The notes beneath the pieces are model-generated. The model was not told the origin of the DNA and made no database searches. It saw nothing but the letters and a program-made list of their open reading frames with translations. Shown in pieces: positions 46,789 through 60,558 of a stretch of DNA of 64,000 nt; position 1 is the first letter of the stretch, and the number at the start of each line of letters is the position of its first letter. Position numbers and translations under genes: made by a program. The stretch comes from Myxococcota bacterium (GTDB taxonomy: Bacteria > Myxococcota_A > UBA796 > UBA9615 > JAKLKC01): NCBI GenBank assembly GCA_023150875.1, contig JAKLKC010000024.1, forward strand, positions 9,119 through 73,118, in the 5' to 3' direction.

Positions 46789-46818
46789 TTGACCCCCGCT
46801 CGGGGATGGCGCTATACC
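46789..46818 (+). promoter_or_regulatory. Possible sigma70 promoter
   Basis: TTGACC-N18-TATACC upstream of epimerase. Confidence 0.5.
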
Positions 46819-46865
46819 GGAGCGTCGCCGGGGGGAACGGTCGGGGGACCGGCGCGGAGGGATCC

Positions 46866-47884
<1,019 letters not shown>

Positions 47885-47888
<4 letters not shown>

Positions 47889-49030
47889 GCCCGGACCCCG
47901 CCCCGGGCGGCGTGATCCACCTGCACCGCCCCACCCTCGGGGAGGAGGAGGCGCGGGCCATCGCCGAGGCGCTGGAGTCCGGGCAGCTCGTCCAGGGGCC
48001 GCGGGTGCGGGCGTTCGAGGCCGCCCTGGAGGGGCTGCTGGGGGTGCCCCACGCGGCGGCGGTCTCGTCGGGGACGGCGGCCCTGCACCTCGCCGCCCTC
48101 GCCCTGGACCTGGGGCCCGGCGACGAGGTGGTGGTGCCGGACTACACCTTCCCCGCCACCGCCGCCGCCTTCGCGCGGGTGGGGGCCTCGCCGGTCCTGG
48201 CCGACGTGGACCCCGACACCGCCAACGTCACCCCGGCGACGGTGGAGGCGGTGCTCAGCCCCCGCACCCGGGCCCTGGTCGCGGTGCACCAGTTCGGCCT
48301 CCCCGCGCCGGTGGAGCCCCTGCGGGCCCTCTGCGACGCCCGGGGGATCGCCTTCGTGGAGGACGCCGCCTGCGCCCTGGGGGCGGAGGTGGCGGCCCCC
48401 GGAGGCCCGCGCCGCTGCGGCACCTTCGGTCGGCTGGCCTGCTTCTCGTTCCACCCCCGCAAGGCGATCACCACCGCCGAGGGGGGGCTGGTCACCACCG
48501 CGGACCCGGCCCTGGACGCGCGGATCCGCCTGCTCCGCAACCACGGGATGACCCCCGGCGGGCCCACCGGCTTCGTCTTCGTCGAGGCGGGCCTGAACTA
48601 CCGCCTCACCGAGGTCCAGGCCGCCATGGGCCTGGTCCAGCTCGGCCGCCTGGGTGGGATCCTGGCGGCCCGCCGCCGCCTCTCCCTGGGCTATCGCGAG
48701 CGCCTGGAGGCCCTGCTGCCCGACCTGGGGCTCCCCGCGGACCCTGAGGGCGCCCCCCACACCTACCAGACCTTCCTGGTGCGCCTGCCCCCAGGGGTGG
48801 ACCGGGCCGGGGTGATGGCGGACCTCCGGGAGGCGGGCGTCGAGTCCTCCGTCGGCGCCCACTGCCTGCACCGCCAGCCCGCGTACTCCCGCCCGGACCC
48901 GGGGGACGCGCCCTTCCCCGGCGCCTCGTCCCTGGGCGACCGCGGGCTCGCCCTGCCCCTGCACCCCGGCCTCGGGGACGCCGACCTGGACCGGGTGGTG
49001 TCGGCGCTGGCGGGGGCCCTGGGCCGGTAG
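47885..49030 (+). CDS. DegT/DnrJ/EryC1/StrS sugar aminotransferase
   Basis: SSGTAALH, EDAACALG, FSFHPRKAITTAEGG, GLNYRL. Confidence 0.93.
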
Positions 49031-49033
49031 CGG

Positions 49034-50035
49034 TCAGAAGTCCGGAGGCGCCACCGCCACCGGCACCGGCAGGCCCTCCACCCCCACGGCGAGGCGGTCC
49101 ACCCCGTCCCCGTAAAGCTCCGTGAAGTAGATGGAGCAGGGATCCCAGTCGTCGCCGGCGCCGAAGGCGAGGCTGGCGGGGGTGTCGAGGCTGTCCGCGA
49201 AGGGGGCCGCGTCGCCGGTGGCGGTGTCGACGCGCCAGATCTGGCCGGCGAGGTTCGCGGCGACCCACAGGCCGCCCTCCACGTCCAGGGCGACGCCGTC
49301 GGGGGTGGAGCCGGCGGGCAGGTGGGCCAGCACCTCCGCCTCGCCCGCGGTCCCGTCGGCCTCCACCGCCACCCTCCACACCGGGGCGTCCGGGGCGAAG
49401 GTGCTGACCGCGTACAGGGACGCTGCGTCGGCGGAGAAGGCCATCCCGTTGGCGCTGGGGACGGCGTCGGTCCACACCGTCACCTCGCCGGGATCCGACG
49501 ACTGGTAGTCCACCTGGTAGAGGGGATCGCCGGTGTCGTCGCTGACCAGCACCGCGCCCCAGGGGGTGGCGGCGACGAAGTTGGGGTTGGGCATCCCCGC
49601 CGCCAGCTCCCGGGTGAAGGTGCCTCCGAGGGAGGCGTACCACAGCCGCCCGTCGTCCCCCGAGCCGTCGAAGGTGAACTCCCCGGGATCCGCCACCAGA
49701 AGCCCCCCCTGGGCGGGGGCCAGGCCCAGGGCGGCCTCGAAGGGGGCGTGGGGGACGACCTCGCCGCTCGGCAGGACCTCCACGAGGGCGTCGGGCCGGG
49801 TCACCCACAGGCGCCCCTCGTGGAAGGAGATCCCCTCGGTGCCCCCATCGAGGCCCGAGACCACCGTCTCCACCGCGCCGGGGGCCAGGTCGTCCCAGCA
49901 CGCCGGAGGGGGCCCGGTGTCGTCGTCGGCGGTGTCGTCGTCGGCGGCGGAGTCGTCGTCCCCGGGCGATCCGGGCCCGCAGGCGCCGGAGGGGAGGGCG
50001 AGGAGGGCGAGGAGGACGGCGGCGGCGTGTCGCAT
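49034..50035 (-). CDS. SMP-30/gluconolactonase-family lipoprotein with DDDT linker
   Basis: SGACGP lipobox; TEGI, PN, ANGMAFS, PDGVALDVEG, TPASLAFG. Confidence 0.85.
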   Translation of the reverse strand: MRHAAAVLLALLALPSGACGPGSPGDDDSAADDDTADDDTGPPPACWDDLAPGAVETVVSGLDGGTEGISFHEGRLWVTRPDALVEVLPSGEVVPHAPFEAALGLAPAQGGLLVADPGEFTFDGSGDDGRLWYASLGGTFTRELAAGMPNPNFVAATPWGAVLVSDDTGDPLYQVDYQSSDPGEVTVWTDAVPSANGMAFSADAASLYAVSTFAPDAPVWRVAVEADGTAGEAEVLAHLPAGSTPDGVALDVEGGLWVAANLAGQIWRVDTATGDAAPFADSLDTPASLAFGAGDDWDPCSIYFTELYGDGVDRLAVGVEGLPVPVAVAPPDF

Positions 50036-50202
50036 GGCGGGGGGATAGAGCATCCCGCGCCCTCCGGTCAACCCCGGGCCGCCGCGCCGGCCGGAAGCCA
50101 TGTCCCCTTGCCACCCTGCCCCCGGGTCCGCCATGCTCCGCGCGGCGCGGGGCGGCGCCCCCCCGCGCCCCCCGTCCGGCTTCCTTGCGAACGAGGCCGC
50201 CC

Positions 50203-50556
50203 ATGCTCCCCCAGATCCCCGTCGTCCTCCAGACCACCCTGCTGCTGGCGGCGTCGAACGTGTTCATGACCTTCGCGTGGTACGCCCACCTGAAGAACCT
50301 CAACGACCGCCCCTGGTGGTTCGCCGCAGTGTTCTCGTGGGGGATCGCGCTGTTCGAGTACCTGCTCCAGGTGCCCGCCAACCGCATCGGCGCCGCCGAG
50401 CTCTCCCTCGGGCAGCTCAAGATCCTCCAGGAGGCCATCACCCTGACGGTCTTCGTCCCCTTCGTGCTGCTGTACATGGGCCAGCCCCTGAAGCTCGACT
50501 ACCTGTGGGCCGGCCTGTGCATCCTCGGCGCGGTCTACTTCGTCTTCCGGGCCTGA
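50203..50556 (+). CDS. DMT-family small membrane protein (DUF486)
   Basis: SNVFMTFAWYAHLK, SWGIALFEY, VPANRIG, QLKILQE. Confidence 0.9.
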   Translation: MLPQIPVVLQTTLLLAASNVFMTFAWYAHLKNLNDRPWWFAAVFSWGIALFEYLLQVPANRIGAAELSLGQLKILQEAITLTVFVPFVLLYMGQPLKLDYLWAGLCILGAVYFVFRA

Positions 50557-50593
50557 ACGCGCCCCTCCGAGAGCACCTGGAGAGAGTGGGAGC

Positions 50594-52186
50594 ATGGACC
50601 CGCGCCGCGACATCGACTGCCTGATCCTCCACCCCGTGCAGCGGGCGGGGTACTACCCGGTCTTCGGGCGGCTGAACTTCATCTGGATCATCCCCCAGGG
50701 GCTGTGGACCCTGGCGGGGCGCCTGGTCCGGGCGGGCCGCTCCGCCCGCATCGTCCACCTGGGGGTCTGCCACCGGGACTCCACCCAAGAGGCGGTGCGG
50801 CGCGCCCTGGCGCGCTACCGGCCCCGGGTGGTGGCCATCGCCCTGCACTGGCACCACCAGACCCACGACGCCCTCCTCGCCGCCGAGGAGGTCCGGCGGC
50901 TGGACCCGGGGATCTTCGTGGTGATGGGGGGGATCACCGCCAGCACCTTCGCCGAGGACCTGGTGCGGGAGCACCCCTCGGTGGACCTGGTGATCCAGGG
51001 GGACGCCGAGGAGCCCATCGTCGAGGTCGTGGAGGCCGTCGCCCTGGGCCGGGGGGACGTCCGCTCCGCCGCCAACGCCGTCAGCCGGGGGCCGGGAGGG
51101 GAGGTGGTGCGCTCCCCCCGGACCTACGTGGCCCGGGACGGGGACGTCACGGTCCGGGACACCATCGACTTCGGGCTCCTGGACGACTTCCCCGCCTACC
51201 GGGACCGTTGCTCGAACCCCTGGTGGGTGCCCGCGAGCCCCCTGGGCCGCCGCGCCCTGGACCGGCTCGTGGGGGGACGGCGCTTCTTCCCCATCCCGGT
51301 GGCCCGGGGCTGCGTCCACTCCTGCCTGTTCTGCGGGGGGCGGGCCTCCCACCTGGCCCGGGTCTACTCCCGCCGGGGCGTCCTGCACTTCCCCCTGGAG
51401 CAGGTGCTGGCCAACGCCCGGGCGGCCCGGGAGGCGGGTTTCGACCAGCTCTACGTGGACTTCGTGGAGCCCATGGGTGCCACCCGGCGCGACCACTACG
51501 TCGCGCTGCTCCGGGGCCTACGGGACCTCGCCCCCGCCCACGTCCAGCTCGACTGCCGCACCCTCCCCGGCCCGGAGGTCCTGGAGGCGGTCCGGAGCCT
51601 CCCCCGGGCCACGGTGATCGTGAGCATCGAGTCGGTGGAGCAGGTGGTCCGCGGGCGGCTCCAGGGCAAGAAGTGTATCGGCGACGCGGACTTGCACGCC
51701 TTCCTGCGCGCCACCCGGGACGCGGGGATCCCGGTGGAGATCTTCCTGGGGCTGGGCTACTTCGAGGGGGACGGCGATCCCCGCGAGCCGCTCCGCCGCT
51801 TCCTCCGGGAGCTGCCGAGGGAGTTCCCCCACGCCCGGGTGGTCACCAACCTCATCGAGATCGAGCCCGGATCCTCCCACCAGCAGGAGGCGGAGCGCCA
51901 CGGCTTCGTCGCCGCCCGCCGCAGCTTGGCCGACTACCGCCGCGCCGCCGGGACCTCCAAGCCGCCGGTGAACTACCGCCTGGGCTACGCGCCGAGGCGC
52001 CTGTACGACGAGGCCGTCGCCCGGGGCGCTGCGGACCCGGTGGCCGAGGCCGTGGCGGAGTACGAGCGCTTCTGGGGCGACTTCTACTGCCGCAACCTGT
52101 GCCTGGTCTCCCCCCAGGCCGGCCCCCTCCGCAACGCCGCCGCCCGCGCCGGCTGCCGCCTGGCGGAGGCCCTCCACCCGGCCTGA
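50594..52186 (+). CDS. B12-binding radical SAM protein (divergent)
   Basis: MGGITAS, QGDAE, ARGCVHSCLFCGG. Confidence 0.88.
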   Translation: MDPRRDIDCLILHPVQRAGYYPVFGRLNFIWIIPQGLWTLAGRLVRAGRSARIVHLGVCHRDSTQEAVRRALARYRPRVVAIALHWHHQTHDALLAAEEVRRLDPGIFVVMGGITASTFAEDLVREHPSVDLVIQGDAEEPIVEVVEAVALGRGDVRSAANAVSRGPGGEVVRSPRTYVARDGDVTVRDTIDFGLLDDFPAYRDRCSNPWWVPASPLGRRALDRLVGGRRFFPIPVARGCVHSCLFCGGRASHLARVYSRRGVLHFPLEQVLANARAAREAGFDQLYVDFVEPMGATRRDHYVALLRGLRDLAPAHVQLDCRTLPGPEVLEAVRSLPRATVIVSIESVEQVVRGRLQGKKCIGDADLHAFLRATRDAGIPVEIFLGLGYFEGDGDPREPLRRFLRELPREFPHARVVTNLIEIEPGSSHQQEAERHGFVAARRSLADYRRAAGTSKPPVNYRLGYAPRRLYDEAVARGAADPVAEAVAEYERFWGDFYCRNLCLVSPQAGPLRNAAARAGCRLAEALHPA

Positions 52187-52256
52187 TCCGGTTGGCCGCG
52201 CGGCTGGAGCGAGAGCGCCCCGGGCGAGGAGGATGCTCGCGGGGACCGATCACCAC

Positions 52257-52338
52257 CGCGAAGTTCGGACCGTTCGTGCGCCTGGTGCTCATCGTCCAGG
52301 ACGCCGCCGCCTCGGGGCTCCAGTCCCTCGTGGCGGAG
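52257..52338 (+). repeat. Diverged direct repeat A (orphan gene 3' fragment ...AKFGPFVRLVLIVQDAAASGLQSLVAEIAAAGKPF*)
   Basis: 58/82 ungapped identity to 57897-57978 by hand alignment. Confidence 0.65.
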
Positions 52339-52496
52339 ATCGCGGCCGCGGGGAAGCCCTTCTAGCCTCCGCCCTGGCCCGGCCGCCGCGACGTGCCGGG
52401 TCGCCGCGACGGTCGGTGCCGGGGTTGGGCGAATGGGTGTAGGATCTCGGGGACGGGCCGTCCCCGTTGACGATGGACTCCGGGGAGGGAGGCGCC

Positions 52497-55400
52497 ATGG
52501 GTTGTGGGTGCGCGGGAGGGTGGGACTCATCGAACGGTGGGGGTTGCCGCAGCGAGTGGGGTCCACCGAGGACGTGCGGTTGTGGGGGGAGTTGCGGGAA
52601 GCCGGCGGCGGGGAGCGGGTGCGGGCTGGCGGGGGCATCGGCCCCTTCCGATGCCGAGCGTCCCGTCCCGTTCCGCGCGGGCCCGGGCCGGCGTCGTCCC
52701 CGCCGGTGGGCACCGGACCCCCACGACCTGGCAAGGGCCCGCCTCGCGTCCGTGCTTCCGTGGCTCCGCCGCGCGTTCGACGAGGCGGACGAGGCCCGTA
52801 GCGAGCTGGCCTCCCGCTTCGTCGGCGTGGACGGGGATGGCGATGGCGGCACGGCCCCCGATCCGCGGACCGATGGGACCGACCGGGAAGTCTTCCCCCC
52901 GCTTCGGCCGAAGCGCCTCCCCGCTGACCGAGAACGCCTGGCGCGGCTCCTGCCCTGGCTCCGCCCGATGCTGTTGGAGGCGACCCTCCGGGACGAGGAG
53001 GCGGAGGCGGACGAGGGAGCGGGGGAGACGCCCGAGGCCCCGTCCCGCATCCTGGGAAGGCCTCTGGTCCTGACCCCCGCCCTCGGCCGTCTCCTGGCGG
53101 AACAGGACCGGGCCCGCCGGGAGTTCACGACCGACGCCTTCGTCGAGTTCGCGCGGACACCGCTCGCCGCGGGGATCGCGCCGCCCACGGTCGCGGTGGC
53201 TCCGCCCTGGACCCAAGGCGAGGATGCGCCGTCGAAGGAGGACGCCAGCTCCAACGGGGGGGGCCAGGGGAAGGGGGAGCCGACCCTTCCCGCGGGAGCG
53301 GGCGGCGAGGCCGGCCTGGTCCTCCCCGAACCCTGGACCGAGGCCCGCACGGGGGTCTGCCACTGGGAGTTCTCGGTGATGGCGGAAGGGTCGTCGCGTT
53401 CCGCGGACGTGACGGACCGCCGCGTCGTCCACGGCACGGCGGCGGAGCTGCTGCGGGACGCGCAACGCCTCCAGATCGGGTGGCTCCGGCAGCCCGGCGA
53501 TGCGGACGCGCACCCGGAGACAATGTGGAAGGGGTGTTGGGACTACGGATCTCTCGACGCGGAGCCGGCGAGCTACTGGAAGTTGGCGAGCGACGGAGTC
53601 GCGGGTGACGCTCTCGGCTGGCCCTGCGTCCCCGGCGCGGACCCGGGGGGTGCGTCGACGTGGGAGGATCCGGCCCCCCCGGGCTGTTCCGACTCGCCGC
53701 TGGCATGTCCAGCCGCGGGATACGTCGGTCCACCGTGCGAGGTCCCGACCCACGTTCCCGCGGTGATGACCGACGTTCTCCACGACCTCGCCGACACTGC
53801 GGCCCCGGGCGGGCAGGTCCCCCTCCCAGTGTTGCTGGGGAGGTCCGATCGGTGCGAGCTGATCGAGGGTACGAAGGAGTGCGATCCCGCCGTTCCCCGG
53901 TACTTCGACTGGCCGTTCGTGGATAGCGATGGAACCATGCAGTCGGGAGAGCTGGCCTCCCGCTTCAACCTCCACTCCGCCGATGATCGCGTGGCCGACG
54001 TGGGCTCGAACGAGGACGTCCTGCTCCAGGAGTTCATGCGACAGCTCCTGCTGGAGGATCCGGTGCTCGGCCAGGTCCGATGGGGCACGGGCCGCTCTCT
54101 TCCCTACCTCCAGCTCGGGAACGAGTTGGTGGGGACGACGGGGGCGCCGGAGCTGGCGTGGCTCATCCTGAGGCTCTGCGAGCTGGCGCACCGCTGCGCC
54201 CCGGACCTGGTGCGGATCTTCCCGGGCCTCGCCAGCCCGAGCAACCGGGCGGCGCCCGGCGACCCGGAGCACTACCTTACGGGGACGTCGGCGGCCTTGG
54301 ACGAGGTCTTCTACCACTTGGTGCGTGCCGCCACCCTGGTCCGGGTCGGGACCGGGGACCCGACGCGGTTCGAGGACGTGCTCCCCGGGATCGGCCTCGC
54401 CTGGACCGACGACACGGACTCCCTCCTCTCCGCGCTGAACGGCGTCGAGCCTTCCCCCGGGTATTCCGTCCTGACGCACAGCCCGGCCGACGTGTTCCCG
54501 CTGGACTTCGCGGCCATGGTGGGCGGCCACGTCGCGGCGATGAAGGCGTGGTGCGCGGCCCACCTCGCCGCGCCCTTCCACGTCATGGACTTCCACTGGT
54601 ACAACAGCCGCGGACACCCGGGGGGGTTCTTCTACCTCCACGCGCTCCGTCCCCTCGCCCGCGCCCTGCGGCTTGCCCTTGGCGCCTGGTGGAACGGGGG
54701 AGCCGCGATCCCCCTCTGGTGTACCGAGACGGGGATCTCCAGCGACCGGAACCCCGAGCATGTGGGTGGGGCTGCGGTGGAGGTGGAGGCCGGTGGAGAG
54801 CACTGGTCCTGCTTCGCCCACCTCGGTCGCTGCACGCAGTACACCGTCGGTCCGGTGGAGCCCGACGACCCCATGGGCGCCCAGGCCGCGGACCTCGAGT
54901 TCCGGAGCGACCCTGCGGCGGTGGCGGCGGCGGTGGCGGGACACGGCCCCGGCTTCCCTACGGTGGCGGTGGAGCACTGGCCGGCCTGGGTGTTCACGTC
55001 GGAGTTCGAGCAGGCAGTCCAAATGTGGTCGCGGCTGTGCTTCCTGGCGGCGAACAGGGTCGAGAAGGCGTGGTGGTACAGCAACGTCGTCGCGGAGACG
55101 ATGAGCGACGGGAGCGCGACCGAGTTCTACACCTATGGCCTGACCGACGACCTGATGGTCTCGACCTTCGACGTGGCGGTCGGGTGCGAGAGCTGCGCGC
55201 TGACGGATCCCTTCACCGACGCCGCGACGCCCTACCGGATGCGGTCGAAGAAGCGGGCGTTCTGCGCTCTGAAGCGGTGGAACCAGTACCTCGGGCGCTA
55301 CCTGTGCGCCGACGTGCTGCTGCGCTTCGACGGCCTGGACGCCGACCACGCCAACGCGAACCAGGGCTTCTACGCGGTCGTGTTCCGGATCGGCGCGGAC

Positions 55401-55934
55401 ACGGACGCCCACCCCTTCGCCCTGGTGACCTGGACCGATCCCCAGGTCTTCTCGGCGTGCGCGGAAGCGGCGGCGGCGGAGCCCCTCGGGGACTGCGTTC
55501 CCCGCCGGCCGGTGATCTTCGTGCCGGCGGATCCGGCGGGTGTGGTCCCCCGGGTGGTGCAGACCATCCCCAGCGAGGAGGAGGTGGACCCCGCGGTGTA
55601 CGACCCGACGGGGGGGACCCCTGGGGCGTGGACGGAGGTCGACGACCCCTGCCTGGCCGACCTCGAGGAGCTGGCGGAGCCGGAAGCGGGCTCGCCGGGC
55701 TATGCCGGTGCAAAGGTGTGGCGGTTCGGCCCGGACCGAGACCTCGCGTACACGCCGGCGCCGGGGATCCTTCCCGAGATCCTGGGGACGCGGGTGGGGG
55801 TGCATGCGTTCCATCCTCCGGTGCTGACGCTGCTTCCGGCGGGGGAGCTGTTCCTCTACGACGAGGCGGAGGGCGCGGTGGAGTCGCTGCGGGAGCTGGG
55901 CTCGGCGGTGCTGAACCCGCCGGGATGCGGGTGA
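52497..55934 (+). CDS. Large Cys-rich protein with clan GH-A-like TIM-barrel motifs
   Basis: RBS GGAGG; N-terminal MGCGC..CGCGGSCG; YLQLGNE, MDFHWY, PLWCTETG, AWWY. Confidence 0.65.
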   Translation: MGCGCAGGWDSSNGGGCRSEWGPPRTCGCGGSCGKPAAGSGCGLAGASAPSDAERPVPFRAGPGRRRPRRWAPDPHDLARARLASVLPWLRRAFDEADEARSELASRFVGVDGDGDGGTAPDPRTDGTDREVFPPLRPKRLPADRERLARLLPWLRPMLLEATLRDEEAEADEGAGETPEAPSRILGRPLVLTPALGRLLAEQDRARREFTTDAFVEFARTPLAAGIAPPTVAVAPPWTQGEDAPSKEDASSNGGGQGKGEPTLPAGAGGEAGLVLPEPWTEARTGVCHWEFSVMAEGSSRSADVTDRRVVHGTAAELLRDAQRLQIGWLRQPGDADAHPETMWKGCWDYGSLDAEPASYWKLASDGVAGDALGWPCVPGADPGGASTWEDPAPPGCSDSPLACPAAGYVGPPCEVPTHVPAVMTDVLHDLADTAAPGGQVPLPVLLGRSDRCELIEGTKECDPAVPRYFDWPFVDSDGTMQSGELASRFNLHSADDRVADVGSNEDVLLQEFMRQLLLEDPVLGQVRWGTGRSLPYLQLGNELVGTTGAPELAWLILRLCELAHRCAPDLVRIFPGLASPSNRAAPGDPEHYLTGTSAALDEVFYHLVRAATLVRVGTGDPTRFEDVLPGIGLAWTDDTDSLLSALNGVEPSPGYSVLTHSPADVFPLDFAAMVGGHVAAMKAWCAAHLAAPFHVMDFHWYNSRGHPGGFFYLHALRPLARALRLALGAWWNGGAAIPLWCTETGISSDRNPEHVGGAAVEVEAGGEHWSCFAHLGRCTQYTVGPVEPDDPMGAQAADLEFRSDPAAVAAAVAGHGPGFPTVAVEHWPAWVFTSEFEQAVQMWSRLCFLAANRVEKAWWYSNVVAETMSDGSATEFYTYGLTDDLMVSTFDVAVGCESCALTDPFTDAATPYRMRSKKRAFCALKRWNQYLGRYLCADVLLRFDGLDADHANANQGFYAVVFRIGADTDAHPFALVTWTDPQVFSACAEAAAAEPLGDCVPRRPVIFVPADPAGVVPRVVQTIPSEEEVDPAVYDPTGGTPGAWTEVDDPCLADLEELAEPEAGSPGYAGAKVWRFGPDRDLAYTPAPGILPEILGTRVGVHAFHPPVLTLLPAGELFLYDEAEGAVESLRELGSAVLNPPGCG

Positions 55935-55943
55935 GGGGGGAGC

Positions 55944-57881
<1,938 letters not shown>

Positions 57882-57896
57882 GGTGTGCGCGAGCCA

Positions 57897-57978
57897 CGCG
57901 AGGTTCGGTCCCATCACGAACCGCGTGGTGTTCGTTCGGGATGCCGCCGGCTCGTCGCTCCAGTCCGTCACGGTAGAG
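57897..57978 (+). repeat. Diverged direct repeat B (ARFGPITNRVVFVRDAAGSSLQSVTVE)
   Basis: Homologous to 52257-52338. Confidence 0.65.
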
Positions 57979-58017
57979 TCACGGGGGTCACGTCACGGGG
58001 GTCGCGTACCAGCAGTC

Positions 58018-59439
58018 TCACGTTTCCCCCGCCCCCCGGCCCTTGCCCCGCGCCAGCACCGCCGCGAAGAAGCCGTCGGTCCCGTGGACGTCGGGGGTCA
58101 CCTGCAGGAACCGCCCATCTCCGACCCGGCCGGCGGGGCCGGGGCCGAGGATCTCCGCCAGGGGGAGGAGGGCGAAGCCGGGCTCGGCGGCCAGGAAGGC
58201 GTCGACCACTTCCTGGTTCTCGGCGCGGAGCACGGAGCAGGTGGCGTAGACCAGGCGGCCGCCGGGGGCCACGAGGGGGGCCATGCGCCGCAGGATGGCG
58301 AGCTGCCGCGGGGGGTGGGCGTCCAGCTCGGCGGAGGTGAGGGCGTAGCGGCGCCCCGGGTTCCGCCGCAGGACGCCGCTGCCGCTGCACGGAGCGTCCA
58401 CCAGGACCCGGTCGGCGCGGCCGGCGAGGCGGGCGACCTCCGGCGGGAGGGGGCCGTGGGGCGCGATCCGGACGGCCCGGAGTCGGGCCGCCCCGGCGCG
58501 CCGGGCCCTCCGTCCCAGCTCCTCCAGGGCGGAGCCCCGGGTGTCCAGGGCCACCACCTGGCCGCCGCCCATGGAGGCGCAGAGGGAAAGGGTCTTGCCC
58601 CCCGCACCCGCGCAGGCGTCCACCGCCAGGCCGCCCGGCGGCGGCGCGACGGCCTCGGCCACGAGCTGGCTGCCCTCGTCCTGGACCCAGAAAAGCCCGT
58701 CCCTGTAAGCCTGGAGGCCCTGGGCGTTGACCCGGGACGTCAGGATCGCCCCGTGCCGGGACAGGGGGCAGGGGAGGGCCACCACCCCCTCCCCGGCGAG
58801 GCGGGCGACGAGGCCGTCCCGGTCGATCCGCGCGGTGTTGGCGCGCACCGCCAGGGGAGCGCGGTGGTTCATCGCCGCCGCCAGCGACCGGCCCCCCTCC
58901 TCGCCGTGGTCCTCCAGCAGGCGCTCCGCCAGCCAGGTGGGGAGGGACGCCTCCACCCCCAGCCGCTCCGCCGCCGAGGCGCCCGCGGCCTCGGCCCACG
59001 CGGCGATCTCCTCGTCCTTGCGGAGGAACCGGGCGAAGTCGGGCCGCCCCCCATGCCCCTCCCTCTCCCAGGTCGCCGCGGCGTCCTCCGGCGGCAGGCC
59101 CTCCGCCAGCACCAGCCACCCCAGCCACCGCGCCAGCCCCTCCGGCCCGCCCCGCCCGTCGTCGCCGCCCCGGGCCAGCAGGAAGCCCAGGGTGAGGTCG
59201 CTCCGGAAGAGGCCGTACAGGGCATCGGCCACGAAGCGCCGCTCGCGGCTGTGGAGGTGGCGCGCCTCCCGGAGCATCCGCCCGACGTCTCGCTCCGCGC
59301 CCCCCGGATCCGCGCGGAAGGCGGCGGAGGCCCGGAGCGCCAGGTCCCGGATCCGTCCGGGCCGCGCCGCGGCGAGGACGAGGGGTGTGGGCGTCGCCGG
59401 TCCGCCGGGGTCGGGCGGGGTGAGGGGATCGCGGGACAC
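58018..59439 (-). CDS. RsmB/NOP-family RNA m5C methyltransferase
   Basis: VQDEGSQL, DACAGAGGKT, LVDAPCSGSG..RRNP, YATCS...EN, TDGFF. Confidence 0.9.
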   Translation of the reverse strand: MSRDPLTPPDPGGPATPTPLVLAAARPGRIRDLALRASAAFRADPGGAERDVGRMLREARHLHSRERRFVADALYGLFRSDLTLGFLLARGGDDGRGGPEGLARWLGWLVLAEGLPPEDAAATWEREGHGGRPDFARFLRKDEEIAAWAEAAGASAAERLGVEASLPTWLAERLLEDHGEEGGRSLAAAMNHRAPLAVRANTARIDRDGLVARLAGEGVVALPCPLSRHGAILTSRVNAQGLQAYRDGLFWVQDEGSQLVAEAVAPPPGGLAVDACAGAGGKTLSLCASMGGGQVVALDTRGSALEELGRRARRAGAARLRAVRIAPHGPLPPEVARLAGRADRVLVDAPCSGSGVLRRNPGRRYALTSAELDAHPPRQLAILRRMAPLVAPGGRLVYATCSVLRAENQEVVDAFLAAEPGFALLPLAEILGPGPAGRVGDGRFLQVTPDVHGTDGFFAAVLARGKGRGAGET

Positions 59440-59757
59440 GGGGTGCCGGGATGGGGTGGAGATCGATGCCGAAGACCCGTAATAGGCACCCCTCCCCCGG
59501 AAGGTCAAACGGGGTCGGACTGGGGGTCTCGCCGCCGGGGCCCCGGACCTCCCGCCCAGGGCGGGCGAGCCCCACTCAGGGGAGCCACCGCCTGGCCCGA
59601 CCCACGACGGGCCTTGACGAGGCGCCCTGGCATCCCGATTGCTGAAGCCCCCCCCGTGCCCGCGCCGATCCTGGCGCGGCGACGCGCCGCCCCGACGGAG
59701 CCGCCCTCCCCGGGGCCCTCTTCGTCCCAGGTCGGGACGCCCGCGGAAAGAACCCCC

Positions 59758-60558
59758 ATGAGCGGCAATCCGGCGGCCCCGGAGTTGTCCCATCCCCTCT
59801 ACCGGGACGTGCTGGGCGAGCTCAACCGCTCGGGCCTGCCCTACCTGGTGGGGGGCGCCTACGCGCTCCGCCACTACACCGGCACCTGGCGCGACACCTT
59901 CGACCTGGACGTCTTCGTGCTGCCCGGGGCCGCACCCGCCCTCCTGGGCGCACTGGAGGAGGCCGGCTGGCGCGGCGAGATGACCGATCCCGTGTGGCTC
60001 GGCAAGGCGTTCCGGGGCGACCTCTTCGTCGACGTGATCTTCAGCTCCCGCAACGGGATCGCCCGGGTCGACGAGGGGTGGTTCCAGCACTCCGAGGCCG
60101 GCGAGGTGCTGGGCGTGCCGGTGCGGCTGATCCCGCCGGAGGAGATGATCTGGTCCAAGGCGTTCGTCCAGGAGCGCCACCGCTTCGACGGCGCCGACAT
60201 CAACCACGTCCTGCGGGTCCGGGCGGACCGGATGGACTGGGACCGGATGCTGGATCGGTTCGCCGGCTGCTGGGAGGTGCTGTCGGCGCACCTGCTGACC
60301 TTCGCGTGGGTCTACCCGACCGAGCGCACGAAGGTCCCCGCCTGGGTCTGGAAGCGGCTCGCCGGACAGGTGGGGGACCTCGCCCGCCCCTCCCGGGAGC
60401 GCCGCCCGGTGTGTCGGGGGACCCTCCTGTCGTCGCACTCCTACCAGACCGACATCCTCGAGTGGGGTTTCCGGGATGCCCTCGAACTCGTCCGAGACCA
60501 GGAAAGAGAGCCGGAAGACCGGGGCCGCGCGCAAGTTGCGGGTGGCTGCCCTCGGTGA
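59758..60558 (+). CDS. Pol-beta-type nucleotidyltransferase
   Basis: YLVGGAYAL..YTG..RDTFDLDVF, WLGKA, WSKAFVQERHRFDGAD. Confidence 0.82.
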   Translation: MSGNPAAPELSHPLYRDVLGELNRSGLPYLVGGAYALRHYTGTWRDTFDLDVFVLPGAAPALLGALEEAGWRGEMTDPVWLGKAFRGDLFVDVIFSSRNGIARVDEGWFQHSEAGEVLGVPVRLIPPEEMIWSKAFVQERHRFDGADINHVLRVRADRMDWDRMLDRFAGCWEVLSAHLLTFAWVYPTERTKVPAWVWKRLAGQVGDLARPSRERRPVCRGTLLSSHSYQTDILEWGFRDALELVRDQEREPEDRGRAQVAGGCPR